The position numbers and the translations under genes are program-made. This document shows positions 7,774 through 16,366 of a DNA stretch of 64,000 nt, piece by piece. Positions within the stretch are counted from its first letter, which is position 1; each line of letters starts with the position of its first letter. Where the stretch lies: positions 34,704 through 98,703 of the forward strand of contig JAFQFT010000004.1 of the NCBI GenBank assembly GCA_017398545.1, written 5' to 3'. Under the pieces are notes generated by a model. That model ran no database searches. It was not told the DNA's origin and saw only the letters and a program-made list of their open reading frames with translations. This stretch comes from Bacilli bacterium. Its GTDB lineage: Bacteria > Bacillota_I > Bacilli_A > ML615J-28 > CAG-313.

Positions 7774-8609
7774 TGGTACAATGGTATCCTGGTCATATGG
7801 CTAAAGCTTTACGAGAAATGGAAGAAAAAGTAAAACTTGTTGACTTAGTAATGGTTTTACTTGATTCACGAATTCCATTATCGTCGCTTAATCCTAAACT
7901 TAAATCAATGTTTAATAATAAAAAAATCTTATACATATTTACTAAAGCAGATAAGGCAGATAAATCTTTAACTGAAAAATGGATTAATTATTACTCTGTT
8001 AATGGTAATAAAGCAATTGCAGTTGATGCAAGAGATAAAAAGACTGTTAAAATTGTCGAACGTGAAGCATTAGAACTATTAAAAGAAAAACGTGCTAAGG
8101 ATGCTTTGAAAGGTTTAAAACCTCGCCCGATTAGAACGATGATTGTAGGTATTCCAAATGTTGGTAAAAGTACTTTAATTAATACTTTATGTGGTAAAAA
8201 AGTTGCTGTTGTTGGAGATAAACCTGGTGTTACAAAAAGTCAGCAATGGACAAGAATTAATCAAACATTAGAACTACTTGATACTCCTGGAGTTTTATGG
8301 CCTAAGTTTGATGATGAAAAAGTTGGTTTCAATCTTGCGATTACAGGCGCAATTAAGGCTGATATTCTTCGTAATGATGATATTTGTATATATTTTCTTG
8401 GGCTTCTAAAATCTTATTATCCTGATGCAATTAAAAATAGATATAATGTAGAAATTTTAGATGATTTAAACGAAACGCTTATTAAAATTGGTGAATCACT
8501 ACATTTCTATTTAGGTAATAAAGATATTGATATTGATAAAACTGCTCTTTATATTTTACAAGAATATAGAAATGATTACCTAGGAAAGATGACTCTTGAT
8601 AGGTTATAA
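7773..8609 (+). CDS. rbgA: Ribosome biogenesis GTPase A (YlqF/RbgA)
   Basis: N-terminus MVQWYPGHMAKA. Circularly permuted GTPase motifs (FTKADK ... GIPNVGKST ... DTPG). Confidence 0.95.
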   Translation: MVQWYPGHMAKALREMEEKVKLVDLVMVLLDSRIPLSSLNPKLKSMFNNKKILYIFTKADKADKSLTEKWINYYSVNGNKAIAVDARDKKTVKIVEREALELLKEKRAKDALKGLKPRPIRTMIVGIPNVGKSTLINTLCGKKVAVVGDKPGVTKSQQWTRINQTLELLDTPGVLWPKFDDEKVGFNLAITGAIKADILRNDDICIYFLGLLKSYYPDAIKNRYNVEILDDLNETLIKIGESLHFYLGNKDIDIDKTALYILQEYRNDYLGKMTLDRL

Positions 8610-9255
8610 TATGAAACATTATGATAATCATGAAATAGAAAACAGACTGTATGTTGAAGGATATAGTTTAATTGCAGGAACTGATGAAGTAGGTCGTGGT
8701 CCACTTGCGGGACCAGTTGTTGCAGCATGTGTAATTATGCCTAAAGATTGTTATATTGAAGGTGTAACTGATTCCAAAAAGATTAGTGAAAAAAATCGTA
8801 AAATATTAGAAGGTATTATTAAAGAAAAAGCAATTAGTTATAAAGTAGTGTTTATTGATCCTAAAAAAATTGATGAAATAAATATTTATGAAGCAAGTCG
8901 TCTTGCTATGACTACTGCAATTAATACTTTAGATGTTAAACCTGATTATGTTTTAGCAGATGCAATGCCACTTTTTATAGATATAAAATCGGAAAGCATT
9001 ATTAAAGGTGATGAAAAATCTTTTACAATTGGATGTGCTAGTATTCTTGCAAAAGTTGCAAGAGATGAATATATGGTAGAACTTGATAAGTTATATCCAG
9101 AATATGGTTTTGCAAAACATAAAGGTTATCCTACTAAACAACATTTAGAAGCAATTAAAGAATATGGTATTTTAGATTTACATCATCGTAAGAGTTATTC
9201 ACCAGTTCAAGAAGAAGCTTTAAAAGGAAATTTTAATAAAAATGAAAAAAAATAA
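8596..9255 (+). CDS. rnhB: Ribonuclease HII
   Basis: GTDEVGRGPLAGPVVAA motif. Either TTG at 8596 (SD AGGAAAG at 8582-8588) or ATG at 8611 could be the start. Confidence 0.9.
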   Translation: MIGYNMKHYDNHEIENRLYVEGYSLIAGTDEVGRGPLAGPVVAACVIMPKDCYIEGVTDSKKISEKNRKILEGIIKEKAISYKVVFIDPKKIDEINIYEASRLAMTTAINTLDVKPDYVLADAMPLFIDIKSESIIKGDEKSFTIGCASILAKVARDEYMVELDKLYPEYGFAKHKGYPTKQHLEAIKEYGILDLHHRKSYSPVQEEALKGNFNKNEKK

Positions 9256-9278
9256 GCACTTAAGAGTGCTTATTTTTT
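9251..9278. terminator. Bidirectional terminator between convergent rnhB and the XRE-TPR gene
   Basis: AATAAGCAC / GTGCTTATT stem flanked by an A-run upstream and a T-run downstream. Confidence 0.7.
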
Positions 9279-10347
9279 AATGATTAGATAATAAATTTAA
9301 AATATCCTTAAAAGTATTTGTTTCTTTAATAAAATCATATTCTGATTTTTCTAGTTCAGATAAAATAATATTAAATAATAGGTTGTTATTAATAGGCCAA
9401 GTATTAGGATCATCTTTAAGGCGATTAACTAAAAAACTTGTATTTAAAATTAACTTATTTTCTTTTTTTAGATTATTACAAATTGTTGCATGATTTATTG
9501 CTTGGTTAAGATAGTAAATGGTTAGTGTGTTATCTTTAATTCGTGCTTTATCTATTGCACAAAATAAGTAAATGTTCATTAAATTATAATGGTATAAACC
9601 AAAGTCGTTATCGTCATAGATTAAATCAAGTAAATTTTTATATTTTAAAAGAATCTCATCCCAGTGGCCTGTTTCTTTATAAGTAACTGATTGGTAGATA
9701 AGATGTTCAAACATTGAAATAATATTATATATGTTTTCTTGTTGTGCAATTATTTTAGATTCTCCTGTTAAGGTATGTTCTTTAAGAATATCTTTAGAAA
9801 AACTAATATCAGGTAGTTTATTTAAAATGTTTTTTCCTTTTTCATATTCTTTCATTGATTCATATACTAAGATTAAACTTTGCATTGCGGAATATCGATA
9901 ATCATCTATAAAACATTTTTCAATGATATTATTTGCTAGATTAATAATTTTATTTTGATAGTAGTTTTTTTCTTCATTATCAAATAATTTTATGTAATAT
10001 ATGTGTAATAATTCATTTTTTAGTTTGAATGCATATGGATACTGTTTAATTGTATTTTCTAGAAGTGTTTCACATTCATCTAATTTATTATCTATACTTA
10101 AATTGTAGTATTCATCATAGATTTTATTGATAGTTTCTTCATTTTTTAGAATATTAACATCTAATAAGTAGTCAACTGTTACATCAAAAATGTTAGCTAA
10201 AATTGGAAGAGTGCTTATATCAGGAGATGTTATATTGTTTTCCCATCTTGAAATTGCTTGATAAGATACACCAAGCATTTCTGCTAAGTTTTCTTGTGTT
10301 AGATTGTTTTGTTTTCTAAGTGTTTTTATTTTGTTTCCTAGATTCAT
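9277..10347 (-). CDS. XRE-family HTH regulator with a long helical-repeat (TPR-like, RNPP-type architecture) C-terminal domain
   Basis: N-terminal HTH_3 (LRKQNNLTQENLAEMLGVSYQAISRWENN). About 290 aa of Y/L/N-rich helical repeats follow. SD AAGGAGGAA. Confidence 0.7.
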   Translation of the reverse strand: MNLGNKIKTLRKQNNLTQENLAEMLGVSYQAISRWENNITSPDISTLPILANIFDVTVDYLLDVNILKNEETINKIYDEYYNLSIDNKLDECETLLENTIKQYPYAFKLKNELLHIYYIKLFDNEEKNYYQNKIINLANNIIEKCFIDDYRYSAMQSLILVYESMKEYEKGKNILNKLPDISFSKDILKEHTLTGESKIIAQQENIYNIISMFEHLIYQSVTYKETGHWDEILLKYKNLLDLIYDDNDFGLYHYNLMNIYLFCAIDKARIKDNTLTIYYLNQAINHATICNNLKKENKLILNTSFLVNRLKDDPNTWPINNNLLFNIILSELEKSEYDFIKETNTFKDILNLLSNH

Positions 10348-10396
10348 ATATTCCTCCTTGTTAATTTTACAATAACAATATACTATAATTATGTTT

Positions 10397-10426
10397 ATTT
10401 TACCACAAACTATTTGATTAGTTCAA
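10397..10426 (-). promoter_or_regulatory. Promoter of the XRE-TPR gene
   Basis: On the minus strand: TTGAAC, 18 nt, then TGn-extended TAAAAT. Confidence 0.5.
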
Positions 10427-10544
10427 CTAAACAAAACTGAGAAAAATAGTTATTAGGTTGTTTATATGAATAAAATTTGAGGAAAAAGTTGAATAAATAA
10501 AGTATTTCTCTTCCTTATTATATATAAAAAATTATTTATTTTAT

Positions 10545-10573
10545 TTGACAAGTAAAAAAAATATTTGTATAAT
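10545..10573 (+). promoter_or_regulatory. topA promoter
   Basis: -35 TTGACA (10545-10550), 17-nt spacer, -10 TATAAT (10568-10573). Confidence 0.7.
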
Positions 10574-10605
10574 CTTTAAGCGAGATTAAGATAGGAAGGT
10601 ATATT

Positions 10606-12735
10606 ATGAATTTAGTAATAGTTGAATCACCAGCTAAGTGTAAAACAATTGGAAACTATTTAGGTAGTGATTATGTTGTTGAATCTAGTATTGGTCATAT
10701 TCGAGATTTAAGTATTAAGGGTAAGGGTGGATTCGGTGTAGATATTAATAATAATTTTGCACCTGAATATGTAGTATTAAAAGATAAGGTTGAAATTGTT
10801 GATAAGTTAAAAGATTTAGCAAGTAAAGCTGATCATATTTATCTGGCAACCGACCCCGATAGAGAAGGAGAAGCTATTAGTTGGCACTTAAGTGAAGTTT
10901 TAGAACAACCAAAAAAACGTGTTTCACGTATTGTGTTTAATGAAATTACTAAGAGTGCTATTTTGAAGGCTATTGCGAATGATCGTGATATTGATATGAA
11001 TCTTGTTCATTCTCAAGAAACACGTCGTATTTTAGATAGAATTATAGGTTTTAGATTGTCAAGTTTGCTTCAACAAAAGATTGGTTCTAAGAGTGCTGGG
11101 CGTGTTCAAAGTGTTGCGTTAAAGTTAGTAGTTGATCGTGAAAAAGAAATTGAAGCTTTTAAGACTGAAGAGTATTGGGATATTACTGCTTATTTATTAA
11201 AAGAAACTGAAAGTAATAGTTATCATCTTAAGGCTAAGTTAATTGGTTATAAAGGTGATAAGATTGAAGTTGTTAATGCTGAAGATGCTAAAAGAATTGT
11301 TGATTCATTAGATGATAATTTTATTGTTAAAGATATTCAAAAGAAACGACGTAATCGTTCATCTAAACCTCCGTTTATTACATCAACTCTTCAACAAGAT
11401 GCTGGTGTTAAGTTTAATTATAATGCGAAAAGAGTAATGGGGATAGCTCAAAAGTTATATGAAGGTATTGAACTTGCTGATGAACGTGTTGGTTTAATTA
11501 CTTATATGAGAACTGACTCAATTCGTTTAAGTGATGAATTTGTAGATTCTGCTAAAGAGTTTATTACTGAAAAATATGGTAAAGAGTATTATAAAGGTGT
11601 AAAAAAATCTAGTTCTAAAGCAAAGAATATTCAAGATGCGCATGAAGCTATTCGTCCTACTAGTATTTATAGAACTCCTGAAAGTGTTAAAAAGTATTTG
11701 TCCCTTGAAGAGTTTAAGATTTATTCTTTGATTTATAATCGTGCACTTGCATCTTTGATGAGTGATGCGGTATTAGAAGATACTAAAGTAGAAGTAGTAA
11801 ATAATGATTATGTTTTTGGTTTAAATGGTGAAATTACTACATATGATGGATTCTTACGTGTTTATGAAGAAATGAGTATTGAAGCAAGTGATCCTGAAGC
11901 ATTAGATGTTTTACCTGATATGACAGTTGGTGAGACTCTAATTCGTGAGAATGTTGAAACTGAACAAAAGTTTACACTTCCTCCATATCGTTATTCTGAA
12001 GCAAGACTTATTAGAAAAATGGAAGAACTTGGAATTGGTCGTCCTTCTACTTATGCACTTACTATGGAAACACTACGTGCAAGAGCTTATGTTACAATGG
12101 AAAAGAAAGCATTTGTTCCAACTAGTCAAGGTATTTTAACATCTGATCAATTAGAATTATTCTTTAGTTCAATTATTAATGTTAAATATACTGCTAAGAT
12201 GGAAAGTGCACTTGATGAAATTGCTGAAGGTAAACTCGTTTGGTATAAGGAAATTGGTGATTTCTATAATATGTTTGCCCCGCTTATTGAAATAGCAAGA
12301 GATAATATGGTTAAAATTTATCCAAAGAAAACTGATGAGTTTTGTCCTGAGTGTGGATGTCCATTAGTAATTAGACGTGGTCCTTTTGGTGAATTTACAG
12401 CTTGTTCTGATTATCCTAGTTGTAAATATATTAAAAAGACACCTAAACCTGAACCAGTTAAAACTGGAGTTATTTGTCCTGTATGTGGTGAAGGTGAAAT
12501 TGTTGAAAGAACAAGTGGTAGAGGTAGAAGTAAAGGTGCATTGTTCTATGCATGTGACAGGTATCCTAAGTGTCGTACTACATATTCTGGTATTCCAAAT
12601 GGTGAAAAGTGTGAAGTATGTGGTGGTGTAATGATTACTACAAGTGATGGTGTTAGATGTGGTAATGAGAAGTGTAAGACTGTTATTGCTCTTAAAAAGG
12701 CATTGTTAGAAAAGAAAAATAATGATGAAAAGTAA
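10606..12735 (+). CDS. topA: DNA topoisomerase I
   Basis: TOPRIM N-terminus MNLVIVESPAKCKTI, DPDREGE motif, active-site region YMRTDS, and several C-terminal CxxC...CxxC zinc ribbons. Confidence 0.97.
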   Translation: MNLVIVESPAKCKTIGNYLGSDYVVESSIGHIRDLSIKGKGGFGVDINNNFAPEYVVLKDKVEIVDKLKDLASKADHIYLATDPDREGEAISWHLSEVLEQPKKRVSRIVFNEITKSAILKAIANDRDIDMNLVHSQETRRILDRIIGFRLSSLLQQKIGSKSAGRVQSVALKLVVDREKEIEAFKTEEYWDITAYLLKETESNSYHLKAKLIGYKGDKIEVVNAEDAKRIVDSLDDNFIVKDIQKKRRNRSSKPPFITSTLQQDAGVKFNYNAKRVMGIAQKLYEGIELADERVGLITYMRTDSIRLSDEFVDSAKEFITEKYGKEYYKGVKKSSSKAKNIQDAHEAIRPTSIYRTPESVKKYLSLEEFKIYSLIYNRALASLMSDAVLEDTKVEVVNNDYVFGLNGEITTYDGFLRVYEEMSIEASDPEALDVLPDMTVGETLIRENVETEQKFTLPPYRYSEARLIRKMEELGIGRPSTYALTMETLRARAYVTMEKKAFVPTSQGILTSDQLELFFSSIINVKYTAKMESALDEIAEGKLVWYKEIGDFYNMFAPLIEIARDNMVKIYPKKTDEFCPECGCPLVIRRGPFGEFTACSDYPSCKYIKKTPKPEPVKTGVICPVCGEGEIVERTSGRGRSKGALFYACDRYPKCRTTYSGIPNGEKCEVCGGVMITTSDGVRCGNEKCKTVIALKKALLEKKNNDEK

Positions 12736-12772
12736 AAAAATGTAGAAAAAATAAAAAAATAAGTGTTTTTTC

Positions 12773-12801
12773 TTGCAATATGTATTTTATTGTGGTATAT
12801 T
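12773..12801 (+). promoter_or_regulatory. Promoter of the candidate sRNA
   Basis: -35 TTGCAA (12773-12778), 17-nt spacer, TGn-extended -10 TATATT (12796-12801). Confidence 0.65.
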
Positions 12802-12805
12802 GTAA

Positions 12806-12906
12806 TTGCAAATCGTATTTGCGATTTGTAACATATCCCCTATATTTTATGTGTGCGCACACATACCCTTCCTGACTAGTGGTCCCCCCCGCTAGTCAAT
12901 TTTTTT
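12806..12906 (+). ncRNA. Candidate trans-acting C-rich small RNA (RsaE/RoxS-like architecture), about 100 nt
   Basis: It has its own promoter and no ORF or SD. Hairpins lie at 12806-12831 and 12848-12865. C-runs at 12837-12840, 12866-12872 and 12884-12890 sit in predicted loops or linkers. An intrinsic terminator closes the unit, and a separate ftsY promoter follows. Confidence 0.55.
12873..12906 (+). terminator. Intrinsic terminator of the candidate sRNA
   Basis: TGACTAGTGG / CCGCTAGTCA forms a 10-bp stem with one G-U pair. The loop is TCCCCC and the T7 run is at 12900-12906. Confidence 0.8.
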
Positions 12907-12919
12907 GATTTTATTTCCC

Positions 12920-12948
12920 TTGAAAAAAATGATGATATGTTGTATAAT
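12920..12948 (+). promoter_or_regulatory. ftsY promoter
   Basis: -35 TTGAAA (12920-12925), 17-nt spacer, -10 TATAAT (12943-12948). Confidence 0.7.
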
Positions 12949-12985
12949 ATATACTAAGTAAAAATATATAAATAAGAGGTTTAAT

Positions 12986-13960
12986 ATGGCTTTTGGATGG
13001 TTATTTGGAAGAAATAAAAAGAAAGATGAAAAAGCAAAAAAATATCAGTTAGGGATGAAAAAGACTAGAACTGGCTTTTTAGGTAAATTAAAAGCAGTAT
13101 TATCAGGATATAGTCAAATCACTGAAGATTTATTTGATGATTTAACTGATGTATTTATTATGGCAGATATTGGTGTTGAAACAACACTTAATTTTATTGA
13201 TGCATTAAGAGAAGATGAGCGTGTTGAAGAATGTGAAAGTGCAGAAGAGTTACAACCTATTATTGTAGATAAAATGTTTGATCTATATTTAAAAGGGGAA
13301 ATTGTAAACAATAACTTGAATGTTCAAAAAGATGGATTAAGTGTGTTTTTATTTGTTGGTGTAAATGGTGTTGGTAAAACAACTACGATTGCTAAAATTG
13401 CATATCGTTTAAAAAATGAAGGTAAGAAAGTTTTGCTTGCAGCTGGAGATACATTTAGAGCTGGTGCTGTTGATCAATTAGAAGAATGGGCAAAACGTGT
13501 TAATGTTGACATTGTAATTAAAAAAGGAGCAACAGATCCTTCAAGTGTAATTTTTGATGCTGTAAAAAGGGCTAAAGAAGGAAATTATGATGTTCTTTTA
13601 TGTGATACAGCAGGACGACTTCAAAATAAAGCAGGTCTTATGGCTGAACTTGCTAAGATGAATAAAGTAATTGAACGTGAAATTCCAGGTGCACCTCATG
13701 AAACATTACTTGTTATTGATGCAACAACAGGACAAAACGGTTTAAGTCAAGCTGAAGCATTTAATGAAGTAACTAATGTTACTGGTGTTATTTTAACTAA
13801 ACTAGATGGAACATCTAAAGGTGGAATTGTTCTTGCAATAAGAGATAAATATAATCTACCAATTAAGATGGTTGGTCTTGGTGAAAAGTTAGATGATCTA
13901 GAATATTTTGATTTAGAAGACTATATTATGGGTCTATTCGATGAGGAAGAAGATGAGTGA
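12986..13960 (+). CDS. ftsY: Signal recognition particle receptor FtsY
   Basis: NG domain motifs GVNGVGKTTT, DTAGR and TKLDG. Short basic N-terminus. Confidence 0.95.
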   Translation: MAFGWLFGRNKKKDEKAKKYQLGMKKTRTGFLGKLKAVLSGYSQITEDLFDDLTDVFIMADIGVETTLNFIDALREDERVEECESAEELQPIIVDKMFDLYLKGEIVNNNLNVQKDGLSVFLFVGVNGVGKTTTIAKIAYRLKNEGKKVLLAAGDTFRAGAVDQLEEWAKRVNVDIVIKKGATDPSSVIFDAVKRAKEGNYDVLLCDTAGRLQNKAGLMAELAKMNKVIEREIPGAPHETLLVIDATTGQNGLSQAEAFNEVTNVTGVILTKLDGTSKGGIVLAIRDKYNLPIKMVGLGEKLDDLEYFDLEDYIMGLFDEEEDE

Positions 13961-14276
13961 GAATATTGATAAAAAAGCTTATTATGCAATTTTGTTTGAG
14001 TATTATAAAGATTTATTAACAGAAAAACAAGTTGAAACATTTATTTGTTACTATAATGAAGATTATAGTTTAGCAGAAATTGCGGAAGAGTTTAGTATTA
14101 GTCGTAATGCTGTATGGGATACTCTTAAAAAAGTAGTAAGTTTATTAAAATATTATGAAGATAAGTTGAAACTTTATAGTAAAGATCAATTATTAAAAAA
14201 TTACTTAGATGATTTAAAAAAACATGTCGATGCTGAAGGTGAAAATATTATTAGAAGCATTGAAGAAATGGAGTAA
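13941..14276 (+). CDS. ylxM: YlxM/UPF0122 putative helix-turn-helix protein of the SRP operon
   Basis: 111 aa, overlaps ftsY by 20 nt and precedes ffh. Sigma-70 region-4-like segment (YSLAEIAEEFSISRNAVWD). Confidence 0.85.
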   Translation: MRKKMSENIDKKAYYAILFEYYKDLLTEKQVETFICYYNEDYSLAEIAEEFSISRNAVWDTLKKVVSLLKYYEDKLKLYSKDQLLKNYLDDLKKHVDAEGENIIRSIEEME

Positions 14277-14279
14277 AGA

Positions 14280-15683
14280 ATGCCTTTAGAAACTTTATCT
14301 GACAAATTACAGATGAGTTTAAGACGTCTTACTGGACGTGGTAAACTTAATGAAAAAGATATCGATGATGCAATGAGGGAAATTAGAGTAGCTTTACTTG
14401 AAGCTGACGTTAATTACCGTATTGTTAAAAAGTTTATTGCAGAAATAAAAGAAGAAGCACTTGGTGAGAGAGTTATGAAATCTCTTACTCCAGGGGATCA
14501 AGTTGTTAAAATTGTATATGAACATTTAGTAGCTTTAATGGGTGAAGAAGCAGTTCCAATTAACTTAAAACCTAGTGGTTTAAGTGTAGTGTTAATGTGT
14601 GGTTTACAAGGTTCTGGTAAAACTACTCATACTGCTAAAATTGCTAATTATTTAAGAAAGAATAATAATTTAAGACCATTATTGATTGCAGCCGATGTGT
14701 ATCGTCCTGCTGCGATTAATCAACTTGTTCAACTTGGTAAACAACTTGATATTGAAGTGTTTGAACTAGGTACAATTGTTAAACCACAAGAAATTGTTAG
14801 AAAAGGGATTGCATATGCAAAAGATACTAGTAAAAATCTAGTTATTATTGATACTGCTGGTCGTCTTCAAATTGATGAAGTTTTAATGCAAGAACTTGTT
14901 GATATTAAAGATATTGCAAAACCAGATGAAATCTTATTAACAATTGATGCAATGACTGGTCAAGATGCTGTTAATGTTGCTAGTAGTTTCCATGAAAAAC
15001 TTGGTGTTACTGGTTGTTTATTAACTAAACTTGATTCAGATACTCGTGGTGGTGCTGCACTTTCAATTCGTTATATGACTCAAATTCCAATTAAATTTAT
15101 TGGTGTTGGTGAAAAATTAGATCAATTAGAAGTATTCCATCCAGATCGTATGGCTAAACGTATTCTTGGGATGGGTGATGTAATTGGTTTAATTGAAAAA
15201 GCTACTGCTAATATTGATGAAGATGATGCTATGAAAATGGCTGAACGTTTACAAAAAGGAATTTTTACATATAATGATTTCTTAGATCAAATTAAGATGA
15301 TTAAAAAAATGGGATCATTAAAAGGTATTCTTGGAATGATTCCAGGACTTGGATCTAAGTTAAAAGGTATAGATATTGATGATAAACAGTTTATGTATAT
15401 TGAAGTTGCAATTGGTTCAATGACTAAAGAGGAAAGAAAAAATCCTGACCTTATTGCAACAAGTTATTCTAGAAAAATGCGTATTGCTAAAGGTTCAGGA
15501 CGTCCTTATCAAGAAATTAATAACTTGACTAAGCGTTTTGCGGAAATGAAAAAACAAATGCTTGCATTTGCTGGAATGAGTGAAGAAGATATGGAACGTG
15601 CTGCACGTAGAGGTGGTGTTCCAATGAAAGCTCCTAAAGCTAAAAAAGGAAAGGGAAAAAATAAAGGAGGTTTCCGTTTCTAG
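14280..15683 (+). CDS. ffh: Signal recognition particle protein Ffh
   Basis: GLQGSGKTT, DTAGR and TKLD motifs. Met-rich M domain and basic C-terminal tail. Confidence 0.97.
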   Translation: MPLETLSDKLQMSLRRLTGRGKLNEKDIDDAMREIRVALLEADVNYRIVKKFIAEIKEEALGERVMKSLTPGDQVVKIVYEHLVALMGEEAVPINLKPSGLSVVLMCGLQGSGKTTHTAKIANYLRKNNNLRPLLIAADVYRPAAINQLVQLGKQLDIEVFELGTIVKPQEIVRKGIAYAKDTSKNLVIIDTAGRLQIDEVLMQELVDIKDIAKPDEILLTIDAMTGQDAVNVASSFHEKLGVTGCLLTKLDSDTRGGAALSIRYMTQIPIKFIGVGEKLDQLEVFHPDRMAKRILGMGDVIGLIEKATANIDEDDAMKMAERLQKGIFTYNDFLDQIKMIKKMGSLKGILGMIPGLGSKLKGIDIDDKQFMYIEVAIGSMTKEERKNPDLIATSYSRKMRIAKGSGRPYQEINNLTKRFAEMKKQMLAFAGMSEEDMERAARRGGVPMKAPKAKKGKGKNKGGFRF

Positions 15684-15701
15684 GAAACCTCTTGTTTTTT
15701 T
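15667..15701. terminator. Bidirectional terminator shared by convergent ffh and ruvA
   Basis: GAGGTTTCC / GGAAACCTC stem. A T-run follows on the + strand, and the flanking sequence gives a T-run on the minus strand. Confidence 0.8.
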
Positions 15702-15714
15702 AGAACATATAGTT

Positions 15715-16278
15715 TTAAGAGCGTAACATTTTTAGAGCCATTTTTACAGCATCAGAAAGTGTTGTATCTGGTTCTAATTTAAGACGTTTTAAGATATTTT
15801 TTATTTCTGTTGAACTATATCCAAGTGATTTAAGTGCAAGTCCTACTTGTTCAATTCTTTCATCTTGAATAGTTGCTTCTTCTTCAAAATTTAGTTTTCC
15901 TTTTAAATCAAGAATGATTTGTTGACTTAGTTTTTGTCCTATACCTGGGAATTTAATGAAGAATTTTGCGTCTGAATTTTTGGATGCAGTATAAATATCT
16001 TGTGGTGATGCACTTGCTAGAATTGCTAAAGCACCTTTTGGACCTAATCCTTTAACACTGATTAGTTTTTCAAATGTTTCTTTTTCTAAACTAGTTGCAA
16101 AACCATAAAGTTCAATTGCATCTTCACGTACATGGTGATGAATGTAAATAATAGTTTTTGAATTTATTGTAAATGAATAAGGGTTTGGCACTTTCACAAA
16201 ATAACCAATGCCATAGGATTCTATTGTTATATTGGTTGCTTTAATTTCTGTGATTTCCCCTTTAATGTAACTATACAT
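15715..16278 (-). CDS. ruvA: Holliday junction branch-migration complex subunit RuvA
   Basis: MYSYIKGEI... OB fold, HhH motifs (GLGPKGALAIL, GIGQKLSQQII) and C-terminal domain III. Confidence 0.92.
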   Translation of the reverse strand: MYSYIKGEITEIKATNITIESYGIGYFVKVPNPYSFTINSKTIIYIHHHVREDAIELYGFATSLEKETFEKLISVKGLGPKGALAILASASPQDIYTASKNSDAKFFIKFPGIGQKLSQQIILDLKGKLNFEEEATIQDERIEQVGLALKSLGYSSTEIKNILKRLKLEPDTTLSDAVKMALKMLRS

Positions 16279-16366
16279 AATGTGCCTCCTAAATAATTTA
16301 TTAATATGATTATATCATAAATTATTTGATTATTCAACTAAAAAAAGTAAAAGAAAGGAGTCTTTC

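Noticed and set aside
10393-10419. 8-codon ORF MFILPQTI as a candidate signalling peptide for the adjacent RNPP-like regulator.
   Set aside because: It has no SD. It overlaps the regulator's own promoter region, and it is far shorter than known SHP/PapR-type precursors.
12884-12890. C7 homopolymer as a phase-variation (slipped-strand) switch.
   Set aside because: It lies in the loop and upper stem of a terminator hairpin in a non-coding RNA, not in a coding region or promoter spacer. A length change would only modestly alter the loop.
12806-12906. I asked whether the RNA next to ftsY/ffh could be the SRP (4.5S/scRNA) RNA.
   Set aside because: Neither strand contains the conserved domain IV features (GUCAGGUCC-GGAA-GGAAGCAGC-type helix 8 with a GNAR tetraloop). 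The minus strand has only a fortuitous GTCAGGAAGGG. Promoter and terminator orientation also favours the + strand C-rich RNA.
16291-16327. 11-bp perfect inverted repeat AAATAATTTAT-N15-ATAAATTATTT in the ruvA/ruvB divergent region, considered as a LexA-type operator.
   Set aside because: It is composed only of A and T in an AT-rich spacer, so chance occurrence is plausible. It bears no resemblance to the Cheo box CGAAC-N4-GTTCG. I mention it only under the ruvA/ruvB finding.
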